Positions 57,160-64,000 of a stretch of DNA of 64,000 nt are shown piece after piece (position 1 is the stretch's first letter; each line of letters opens with the position of its first letter). The DNA lies in the NCBI GenBank assembly GCA_017609285.1, contig JAFCEE010000003.1, positions 11,529 to 75,528 of the forward strand, written 5' to 3'. This DNA comes from Candidatus Pacearchaeota archaeon (GTDB taxonomy: Archaea; Nanobdellota; Nanobdellia; Pacearchaeales; GW2011-AR1). The notes below the pieces were generated by a model. That model saw only the letters and a list, made by a program, of their open reading frames with translations, searched no databases and was not told the origin of the DNA. Both the position numbers and the translations under genes were made by a program.

Positions 57160-57588
57160 TTAGCTTATAATAACTTTATCAGGCTGAGCTTTAATTAGTA
57201 ATTTTCTTGAACCTTCTCCAACCTGAATACTGCCTTCTAATGTAACTCTTGAAGAGAAAGCTCTTTTCATTGTTCCTGTAGATGTAGAAAAAGTTATTAT
57301 CAAATTTTTTTCATTAAATTCTATATTTTTAATTCCTTGAGGCATATATATTGTTATTGTAGTTTGAGAAGGTTCTCCTGCAAAAAAAACAGACTCTGCT
57401 GAACTAATAATTTTTGTGGCGATGGTTTCTATTTGATTTATTCTTATTCTGTCTCTTGAAATACCAATGTAAAAATATGCTGCTATTAAAATCGTGGTAA
57501 CAGCAAGAGTAACAAATCCTGTTATGATTAAATACTCAATTCCAGACTGCCCTTTATATTTAGATCGTAAATGTGTTTTGAGTTTCAC
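57160..57588 (-). CDS. Pilin-like protein, 142 aa (class III signal peptide, DUF361-like)
   Basis: RSKYKGQSGIEYLIITGFVTLAVTTILIAAYF (QSGIEYLI motif). Confidence 0.65.
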   Translation of the reverse strand: MKLKTHLRSKYKGQSGIEYLIITGFVTLAVTTILIAAYFYIGISRDRIRINQIETIATKIISSAESVFFAGEPSQTTITIYMPQGIKNIEFNEKNLIITFSTSTGTMKRAFSSRVTLEGSIQVGEGSRKLLIKAQPDKVIIS

Positions 57589-57706
57589 TTTTCTTTACCT
57601 CTTTTCTTTATTGTATTTTTAGTAAGATTTATAATACCAAAATTCTTTAATTTATAATTAAAGTGAATGATAATTTATAAAGATTTGGAAAACATCGCAA
57701 AGAAAA

Positions 57707-58183
57707 ATGGGAAAAAAGAGGGATTTTTTTATCGTATTATTAATACTAATGTTTTTAGCAGCCTCAAATACTCTTGTTTATTCTGATAAAACCAATATAA
57801 AGGTTTCTGGTTTTTCTATAAAAAATGTTTACGATAAGTTGATGAAGTTAGATATGTCTACAATAATTTTCGTGATTCAATGGTTTTTGGTTTTAGTTGT
57901 TGTTATTATTTTTTATATTAATTTTTTGAAAAAGAGGAGAAAAGAAAAAGCTAAACCTGTTAATATGAATGTAAAGAAGAAAACTGGGACGGATGTGGAC
58001 ACAGATTTAGATATTCTTTACAACTTATTGAAACAAAAAAAGCGTTTAAAAATTTCTGTGATTGCTAAAACTTTTAAGGTGAATAATGAAAAAGCATTGG
58101 AGTGGTCTAGGATTTTAGAAAATAATGATTTAGTAAAAATAGAACATTTCGCATTTTCTGAACCAGAAGTTGAAATAAAATGA
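57707..58183 (+). CDS. Membrane protein with a C-terminal winged-helix-like domain, first gene of the ATPase operon
   Basis: Signal/TM at the N-terminus, a second TM (IIFVIQWFLVLVVVIIFYINFL), then LDILYNLLKQKKRLKISVIAKTFKVNNEKALEWSRILENNDLVKIE. Its stop overlaps the ATPase start (ATGA). Confidence 0.45.
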   Translation: MGKKRDFFIVLLILMFLAASNTLVYSDKTNIKVSGFSIKNVYDKLMKLDMSTIIFVIQWFLVLVVVIIFYINFLKKRRKEKAKPVNMNVKKKTGTDVDTDLDILYNLLKQKKRLKISVIAKTFKVNNEKALEWSRILENNDLVKIEHFAFSEPEVEIK

Positions 58184-59928
58184 GGAAAAAGAAAAGGGGA
58201 TTGGAAAGGGAGAAGAAAAAAGTTGGGAAAATTAGAAGAAAACATAGAGAAAAGAAAGCTATACAAACAAAAATTGGAAAATCTCTTAAATTTAAGTATA
58301 AGGAGGGGGAGCAAAAACAAGGGAAGACAGCTAACAATACCGATAGAAAAATAAGATTAGTAGAATTGAAGAGTGAAAAAAGAGAAATTGAAAAAAAACA
58401 AAAAAGAAAACTGAAAAAGAAAAAGAAGAAAGAGAAAGATGTTAAAAGTAAGGTTATAGAGCGATACGAGTTAAATGTTGACAATGCTATAGTAAATATT
58501 AAGATAGAACAGGGGGGAGAAGGCTTAGCATATAATTTATACATGCCAAAGATTGGCATAGGAACTCTTGCTTTACTTGAAGAGGTAAGAAAAGAGCTGA
58601 TTTCTGTTACAACGATTGGTGTTGGTGAAATGACAGATATAAAATCAATAGCGAGAATAAAGAGGCAGTTTATGAAGCAGATTTCAAAATTATTGAGGGA
58701 GAAAGTTCCTAACATTAGCTTAAAGGCAGAGAGATTTTTGGTAGGAATTTTAATGCAAGAAATGCTAGGTTTGGGTAAGCTGGAGTTTTTAATAAACGAT
58801 CCACACTTAGAAGAAATAGTTGTCATTAGCAGTAAAGAACCTGTAAGGGTATATCATAAAAAATATGGATGGCTTCCTACTAATATAAGAATAGATAAAG
58901 AAGAGGACATAAATAATTATGCAAATATAATTGCAAGAAGAGTAGGAAGGCAAATAAATATTTTAACTCCTTTATTAGATGCTCATGTAGTTACTGGAGA
59001 TAGAGCAAATGCTGTTTTATATCCTATTGCCACTAAAGGTAGCACTATAACTATAAGAAAATTTGCTAGGGACCCTTGGACTATAATCGATTTAATTAAT
59101 AATAAAACAGTTAATTTAGAAATAGCTGCTTTATTATGGCTTGCTATAGAATATGAGATGAATATTCTAATTTCTGGAGGTACAGCCTCAGGAAAAACAG
59201 TTTTTTTAAATGCATGTATGCCCTTTATCCCTCCAAATCAGAGAGTTATTAGTATAGAAGACACAAGAGAATTAATGTTGCCTAAATTTTTGTATTGGTG
59301 CCCTCTTGTTACAAGAATACCAAATCCAGAAGGGAAGGGCGAGGTTTCTATGTTGGACTTATTAGTAAATAGCTTAAGAATGAGGCCTGATAGAATTGTC
59401 TTAGGAGAAATGAGAAGACAGAGAGAGGCTGAAGTATTGTTTGAGGCAATGCATACTGGCCATTCTGTTTATGCTACTGTTCATGCAGATACTGCATCTG
59501 AAACAATATCAAGATTAACAAATCCCCCACTAAATGTTCCTCCTAACCTTTTGAAAGCAGTGAACTTGAATGTGGTAATGTTCAGAGATAGGAGAAGAGG
59601 AATAAGAAGAGTTTATCAGGTTGCTGAATATATAGCTAGTAGAGATGGAGTTACTCCGAATATTCTTTATAGGTGGGCTCCTGATAGAGACGAAATAGTA
59701 AAACATAATAATAGTATAATTTTTATGGAAGAGCTGGGTAGAAATACAGCAATGTCACAAAAAGAGATAAATGAAAGTCTTGAAGAGAAAAAAAAGATTC
59801 TTTCATGGATGTTAAGGCATAATCTCAGAAGCTTTGAGCAGATAGGAAAAGTGATGAGTCTTTACTATACAAATCCAAAACTACTTTCTGAAATTATAAA
59901 AAAAGATGATTTGAGCAAAATAAAATAA
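58180..59928 (+). CDS. Type II/IV secretion-family ATPase (FlaI/PilB/TadA-like) with a ~100-aa polybasic N-terminal extension
   Basis: Walker A ISGGTASGKTVFLNA, Asp box VISIEDTRELMLP, Walker B RMRPDRIVLGEMR, His box HTGHSVYATVHA. The N-terminus MRKKKRGLEREKKKVGKIRRKHREKK...KKKKKKEKD is unusual. Confidence 0.9.
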   Translation: MRKKKRGLEREKKKVGKIRRKHREKKAIQTKIGKSLKFKYKEGEQKQGKTANNTDRKIRLVELKSEKREIEKKQKRKLKKKKKKEKDVKSKVIERYELNVDNAIVNIKIEQGGEGLAYNLYMPKIGIGTLALLEEVRKELISVTTIGVGEMTDIKSIARIKRQFMKQISKLLREKVPNISLKAERFLVGILMQEMLGLGKLEFLINDPHLEEIVVISSKEPVRVYHKKYGWLPTNIRIDKEEDINNYANIIARRVGRQINILTPLLDAHVVTGDRANAVLYPIATKGSTITIRKFARDPWTIIDLINNKTVNLEIAALLWLAIEYEMNILISGGTASGKTVFLNACMPFIPPNQRVISIEDTRELMLPKFLYWCPLVTRIPNPEGKGEVSMLDLLVNSLRMRPDRIVLGEMRRQREAEVLFEAMHTGHSVYATVHADTASETISRLTNPPLNVPPNLLKAVNLNVVMFRDRRRGIRRVYQVAEYIASRDGVTPNILYRWAPDRDEIVKHNNSIIFMEELGRNTAMSQKEINESLEEKKKILSWMLRHNLRSFEQIGKVMSLYYTNPKLLSEIIKKDDLSKIK

Positions 59929-59938
59929 GTTTCATAAA

Positions 59939-60820
59939 ATGAAATTCAAGATACCTTTTACATTTTCAAGTATAGATATTTTAAAGAAAAGAGGCAAGAG
60001 ATTTTCCCGCATTTTTCGAGTTAAAAAAAAATCAAAGCTTTCTACATATTTGAAAGATTCAGACGTAAACCTGTCTAAAGAAGAGTATCTTGGTATATGT
60101 TTGAGAACATTTTTCTTTGTTTTTATTCTTTTACTAGTCATTTTTACTTCTCTCCTCGGAATTCTAAAAGTCAGTTATTTTTACTTTTATGGTTTATTTG
60201 CCTCACTTATTTTTTCTTTTTTTATTTTTTTTATGCAAATAAATTATCCGAGGGTTTACAGTTTCAGAAAGACGAGAGATATTGAGAAAAATTTGATTCC
60301 GTCTTTACAGGATATGTTAGTCCAATTGGAATCCGGTGTTCCAATATTTCAGATTTTAGCAAATATATCTTCCTCTGGTTATGGATTTGTTAGTTATGAA
60401 TTTAGGAGGGCAGTAAAAGAAATAAATTCAGGAGTTCCTCAGATAGAAGCCTTAGAAGACTTAATCAAAAGAACATCATCTACATATTTTAAGAGAGTCT
60501 TATGGCAGATAAGCAATGGTTTGAGGAGCGGGAGTGATATGTCTGTTGTCATAAAAGATAGTATTGATAGTTTAAATAAAGAACAAGCTATTCAAATTCA
60601 GACTTATGGGAGCAAATTAAATCCCTTAGTTATGTTTTATATGCTGATAACTGTAATTATACCCTCTCTTGGAATAACTTTTCTAACTATTTTGTCATCT
60701 ATGTTGGGTTTGTCTGGCAGTTTAGTAAAGTTAATGTTTATTGCTACATTTATTTTTGTTTTATTAATACAAATAATGTTTTTAGGTTTAATTAAAACAA
60801 GGAGGCCTAGTTTATTATGA
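59939..60820 (+). CDS. Type IV filament platform protein with a single T2SSF domain (TadB/FlaJ-half-like)
   Basis: LIPSLQDMLVQLESGVPIFQILANIS...FRRAVKEINSGVPQIEALEDLIKR...VLWQISNGLRSGSDMSVVIKD, with TM helices at both ends. Confidence 0.75.
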   Translation: MKFKIPFTFSSIDILKKRGKRFSRIFRVKKKSKLSTYLKDSDVNLSKEEYLGICLRTFFFVFILLLVIFTSLLGILKVSYFYFYGLFASLIFSFFIFFMQINYPRVYSFRKTRDIEKNLIPSLQDMLVQLESGVPIFQILANISSSGYGFVSYEFRRAVKEINSGVPQIEALEDLIKRTSSTYFKRVLWQISNGLRSGSDMSVVIKDSIDSLNKEQAIQIQTYGSKLNPLVMFYMLITVIIPSLGITFLTILSSMLGLSGSLVKLMFIATFIFVLLIQIMFLGLIKTRRPSLL

Positions 60821-61785
60821 ATACCCTAAAACTTATTCCAAAAAAATTAAGAAAAAGTTATGAAAAGAATATTTCAAATGCTGGCATAAAGATAAGTCCT
60901 GAAAAATATGTTTCCAGGTTGTTTTTTACAGGGATTATATCTGCAACATTATTAAGTCTAATATTATTTTTTTTTAAAGTTAATCCTATTCTTACTTTTG
61001 TCTTAACTTTTTTTATCTTGCAAATAATATTTTACTTTAGATTATCTCTACTTGCTACTGCAAGAATCAAGAAGATGGAATCTGTGTTTCCTGATTTTAT
61101 ACAATTAATGTCAAGTAATCTAAGAGCAGGGCTTACTGTTGATAAAGCTTTTTTATCCTCGGCAAGACCGGAACTAGCCCCTCTTGACGAAGAAATTTTG
61201 AAAACAGGAAGAGAGATAGCTACTGGACAAGATATTATTTTAGCTTTTAGGAATATGGGAAAAAGGGTAGATTCAGAAAAAATAGAGAAAATTATTTCCC
61301 TTATTATCTCTGGTTTGAAAGCAGGAGGCAATATTTCTACTTTGCTTGAAACAACCGCCTCAAACATGAGAGAAAAAGAGTTTTTAGAAAAAAGGGCAGC
61401 CTCTAATGTTTTAATGTATGTTATTTTTATTTTTGTTGCTGTTGGATTTGGTGCTCCACTGTTGTTTGGACTTTCCTCTATTCTTGTTGAGATCATAATC
61501 AATTTGACAGCGCAACTTCCTAGTGCTCAGGCTACTCAAATAAATCTCCCTTTTACTCTTTCATATTTAGGCTTATCACCAAAATTCATACTTTATTTTT
61601 CTTTACTTTTCTTAATTGCAATTGATATTGTTTCGAGTTTAGTCATTGGTTTGGTTAATAAAGGAGATGAGAAATATGGGTTAAAATATATTTTTCCTTT
61701 AATTGCATTATCTATAGGAATTTTTTTTGGCGTTAGGTTTTTTCTTTACCGAGTTTTAGTCGAGAGCTTTTCTATTGTTTCTTAA
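60817..61785 (+). CDS. Type IV filament platform protein with a single T2SSF domain (TadC/FlaJ-half-like)
   Basis: VFPDFIQLMSSNLRAGLTVDKAFLSSA...LDEEILKTGREIATGQDIILAFRNMGKRV...IISLIISGLKAGGNISTLLE. It overlaps the upstream gene by 4 nt. Confidence 0.75.
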   Translation: MNTLKLIPKKLRKSYEKNISNAGIKISPEKYVSRLFFTGIISATLLSLILFFFKVNPILTFVLTFFILQIIFYFRLSLLATARIKKMESVFPDFIQLMSSNLRAGLTVDKAFLSSARPELAPLDEEILKTGREIATGQDIILAFRNMGKRVDSEKIEKIISLIISGLKAGGNISTLLETTASNMREKEFLEKRAASNVLMYVIFIFVAVGFGAPLLFGLSSILVEIIINLTAQLPSAQATQINLPFTLSYLGLSPKFILYFSLLFLIAIDIVSSLVIGLVNKGDEKYGLKYIFPLIALSIGIFFGVRFFLYRVLVESFSIVS

Positions 61786-61840
61786 AGTTTTTATAAACTT
61801 AAAGAAAAAGCTTTATAAGTTTAAATTCTCTAAAGAAAAT

Positions 61841-62566
61841 ATGAAAAAGAGAAAAATTAAAAGGAAAAAAGAGGTTAGGATTAATAGTGGAATAAAAGGT
61901 TTTGATGATTTAGTAGAAGGTGGTTTTGATGAAGGTTCTGTAAATATGATTGTTGGTAGCTCTGGTTCAGGAAAAACGATATTTGCCTTACAGTTCTTAA
62001 TGGCTGGTTTGAAAAAAGGGGAGTCTTGCTTGTATGTTACATTTGAGGAGAAGAAAGAAGAGTTTTATGATAATATGAAAAATTTTGGATGGGATCTTAG
62101 TAAATATGAAAAAAAAGGAAAATTTTTCTTTCTTGAGTACAGCCCTGAAAAAGTTAAAGTTATGATTGAAGAAGGGGGAGGGGAAATGGAGAGTATAGTT
62201 ACTAGACATAAGATAACTAGATTAGTTATAGATTCTGTAACTTCTTTTGCTTTATTATTTGAAGATGAACTTGAAAAGAGAGAGGCAGCTTTAGCTTTAT
62301 TTGATATTATAAGGAAATGGAAATGTACTAGTTTATTAACTTTAGAAGAAGATCCAAAAGAAAGGAAGGGTGGATCTTCTTCTTTGGAATTTGAGGTTGA
62401 TAGTATTATACTTCTTTATTTTATAAGACAGAAAAGGAAAAGAAAGAGGTTTGTTGAGGTACTCAAAATGAGAGGAACCAAACATTCTAATGAAATTCAT
62501 GCTCTTGAGATAGGAGAATCTGGGATAGAAGTTTCTAAGGAAATTTATGTTAATGGTATAGATTAA
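61841..62566 (+). CDS. KaiC/RecA-superfamily ATPase (FlaH-like)
   Basis: INSGIKGFDDLVEGGFDEGSVNMIVGSSGSGKTIFALQFL...CLYVTFEE...LVIDSVTS...EVLKMRGTKHS (COG0467 pattern). The ORF track starts at 61775, but the ATG at 61841 follows aaagctttataag, a TATA-like box. Confidence 0.8.
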   Translation: MKKRKIKRKKEVRINSGIKGFDDLVEGGFDEGSVNMIVGSSGSGKTIFALQFLMAGLKKGESCLYVTFEEKKEEFYDNMKNFGWDLSKYEKKGKFFFLEYSPEKVKVMIEEGGGEMESIVTRHKITRLVIDSVTSFALLFEDELEKREAALALFDIIRKWKCTSLLTLEEDPKERKGGSSSLEFEVDSIILLYFIRQKRKRKRFVEVLKMRGTKHSNEIHALEIGESGIEVSKEIYVNGID

Positions 62567-62641
62567 TTAAAGGAAGTTAAATATGCACACCTCATTTTGA
62601 ACTACTTGTTCTAAAGTTTCTGGTTTTCTTAATAAACATCA

Positions 62642-62668
62642 TTTATAAAAACGAAAGCTTTATAAATA
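62642..62668 (+). promoter_or_regulatory. BRE/TATA-like promoter element, copy B of the 27-bp exact repeat
   Basis: tttataaaaacgaaagctttataaata, about 35 nt upstream of the ATG at 62703. Identical to 33999-34025. Confidence 0.55.
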
Positions 62669-62702
62669 ATACTTACTGCTTAATAGTAACAAATAAGGGA
62701 AA

Positions 62703-63812
62703 ATGAAATGGGAAAAAGGAGCTAAAGAAACTTTAATAGGTTATGGTTTGGCAGCCGGAGTTTTATTAATTGGAAGTCTATATATTATGAATAAAAGTGA
62801 GGTAAGAGAAGGTGAAAGAAGTTTAAGACAGGAGTCCGGTTTGGTTAAAGTTGTGAAAGAAGAAAGTTCAACAATCAGCAACGGAGGAATTGAGAGAAAT
62901 TCAATTCGTAAAAAGCCAGAGATAAGAAAGGGGTTACAAAAAACAGCAACATATGATTTTGATAATTATATTTCAGCTATTTTTGATATTGAAAGTTCTG
63001 ATAATCCAAATGCTCAAAGATATGAACCGGGGATAAATGACACAAGTTATGGGTTAGGCCAAATTTTAACAAATGTTGCTTTAACATTAGAAAGAAGAAA
63101 TCCAAATTTACCGAGAATTTCAGATTATTCTGGATTAGATGAAAAATTAGAAAGTGATGAAAGAAAATTAGCAGAAGAAAGTTTAGTTAGATTATATGGA
63201 AAGAGAGCAAGAGTAAAAACAAAAAGAGGAGGGTGGGAAATTCAAGAAATAAAAATTGATGGTAACTTCGAGGGGGATTTAGTTGCTCAGGAATTTTTAA
63301 GGAGAATACAAAGAAAACATAATCTAAGAGTAAAAGGAGAATTAGATGACGCAACATATCAAGCAATACAAAAAGAAAGGCATTTGCAAGATATGTTAAC
63401 TAATCCTAAAATAAATGAGGCTTACACAAGGGCATTGTTTAGAGAGGAATTAGAGTATTTTAATGATGCAGAATTAGCTGTTGCTGCATATAATGCAGGA
63501 AGGCCTGCTGTTATTAATGCTGCTTATCAAACAATGTTAAATGAATTTTTAGGAACATCATTAAAACCAGATGGAGTTATTGGTAATAAAAGTAGGGAAG
63601 TTATAAGAAAATTTCAAGAAAGGTATGGATTAAGAGTTGATGGAATTCTTGGACCAAATACAAAAGCAAGGATACGGGAGGTTTATGAAACACTAATAGG
63701 AAAATCCCCTTTAAAAGGAGCTATGCCCCAAAATAGATATACTCCAAATCATGTTAGAAAATTTAATGCTGCTCTAGAAACAATTGAAAAACATAAGAAA
63801 ACAAGAAATTAA
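62703..63812 (+). CDS. Membrane-anchored lytic transglycosylase (SLT family 1 motifs) with peptidoglycan-binding (PG_binding_1) repeats
   Basis: TM LIGYGLAAGVLLIGSLYIM. SLT motifs FDIES (catalytic E-S), YGLGQI, LTNPKINEAYTRALF and AVAAYNAG. PGB repeat PDGVIGNKSREVIRKFQERYGLRVDGILGPNTKARI, plus a degenerate one (LRRIQRKHNLRVKGELDDATYQAIQ) inserted within the SLT domain. Confidence 0.8.
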   Translation: MKWEKGAKETLIGYGLAAGVLLIGSLYIMNKSEVREGERSLRQESGLVKVVKEESSTISNGGIERNSIRKKPEIRKGLQKTATYDFDNYISAIFDIESSDNPNAQRYEPGINDTSYGLGQILTNVALTLERRNPNLPRISDYSGLDEKLESDERKLAEESLVRLYGKRARVKTKRGGWEIQEIKIDGNFEGDLVAQEFLRRIQRKHNLRVKGELDDATYQAIQKERHLQDMLTNPKINEAYTRALFREELEYFNDAELAVAAYNAGRPAVINAAYQTMLNEFLGTSLKPDGVIGNKSREVIRKFQERYGLRVDGILGPNTKARIREVYETLIGKSPLKGAMPQNRYTPNHVRKFNAALETIEKHKKTRN

Positions 63813-63823
63813 AAAAGCATATT

Positions 63824-64000
63824 CTAATCCTTGAAAATGAACTTATCAATTTTGTTTTTTGCTTTTTCTCTTTCCTGCTGATGTTTTTTCAAGAAAGTAT
63901 TGATTTTTTCAATTAATATCTCTTTTAATTCTGAAGTTAAAAGCTCTCCTGAACGATATTTTCTTTCAATTTTCTCAAGTTTTTTATTATCTGGCTCAAA
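63824..64000 (-). CDS. trpS: Tryptophanyl-tRNA synthetase (archaeal/eukaryotic type), C-terminal fragment running off the window
   Basis: Own translation: FEPDNKKLEKIERKYRSGELLTSELKEILIEKINTFLKKHQQEREKAKNKIDKFIFKD*. It aligns with human TrpRS [51 protein letters not shown]. Confidence 0.85.
   Translation of the reverse strand, partial: FEPDNKKLEKIERKYRSGELLTSELKEILIEKINTFLKKHQQEREKAKNKIDKFIFKD

Noticed and set aside
58107-58826. 239-aa minus-strand ORF overlapping the start of the secretion ATPase gene
   Set aside because: It is antisense to the Lys/Glu-rich N-terminus of the ATPase. Its Phe/Ser/Leu-rich repetitive translation is a mirror artefact of the poly-purine coding strand.

Overview
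Visibly AT-rich, gene-dense archaeal chromosomal window, probably from a small-genome DPANN-type archaeon. Evidence: archaeal ribosomal proteins S10, L35Ae and L10e; a thermosome; archaeal-type ThrRS, GluRS and TrpRS; ELP3; PolX; five tRNAs, two with long introns; and BRE/TATA-like boxes about 25-40 nt upstream of start codons. All family calls come from motif recognition by eye; no database search was possible. Housekeeping genes are interleaved with accessory blocks. (1) 49.1-63.8 kb is my best candidate for a novel system. It is a Tad/Epd-like type IV filament locus with eight class-III-signal-peptide proteins, an 877-aa vWA protein, an 848-aa pilin-fusion protein and an embedded ICMT-like methyltransferase. 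It also has split platform genes and a FlaH/KaiC-like ATPase, and is immediately followed by a membrane-anchored peptidoglycan lytic transglycosylase, which is unexpected in an archaeon. (2) 35.5-40.0 kb is an unrecognisable three-gene operon: a 508-aa helical protein, a 194-aa acidic protein and a 609-aa xylose-isomerase-like TIM barrel with a large insertion. (3) 3-9 kb is a co-directional MinD-ferredoxin / NifX-like / DUF134 / J-domain / CDF / DUF5320 array, in which two adjacent genes share a duplicated Zn-ribbon tail. (4) 14.9-19.3 kb is an island beside tRNA-Tyr carrying a PD-(D/E)XK nuclease-like gene, a ClpP-fold protease, an RHH protein, an IS6-like transposase and a CcrM-type methyltransferase. 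(5) A 1.03-kb insert is flanked by exact 39-bp direct repeats that duplicate the 3' end of rpl10e. The thermosome gene is disrupted, GluRS lacks its anticodon-binding domain, and PEP synthase carries a ~260-aa acidic Zn-ribbon tail. No CRISPR array, rRNA or reverse transcriptase was seen.
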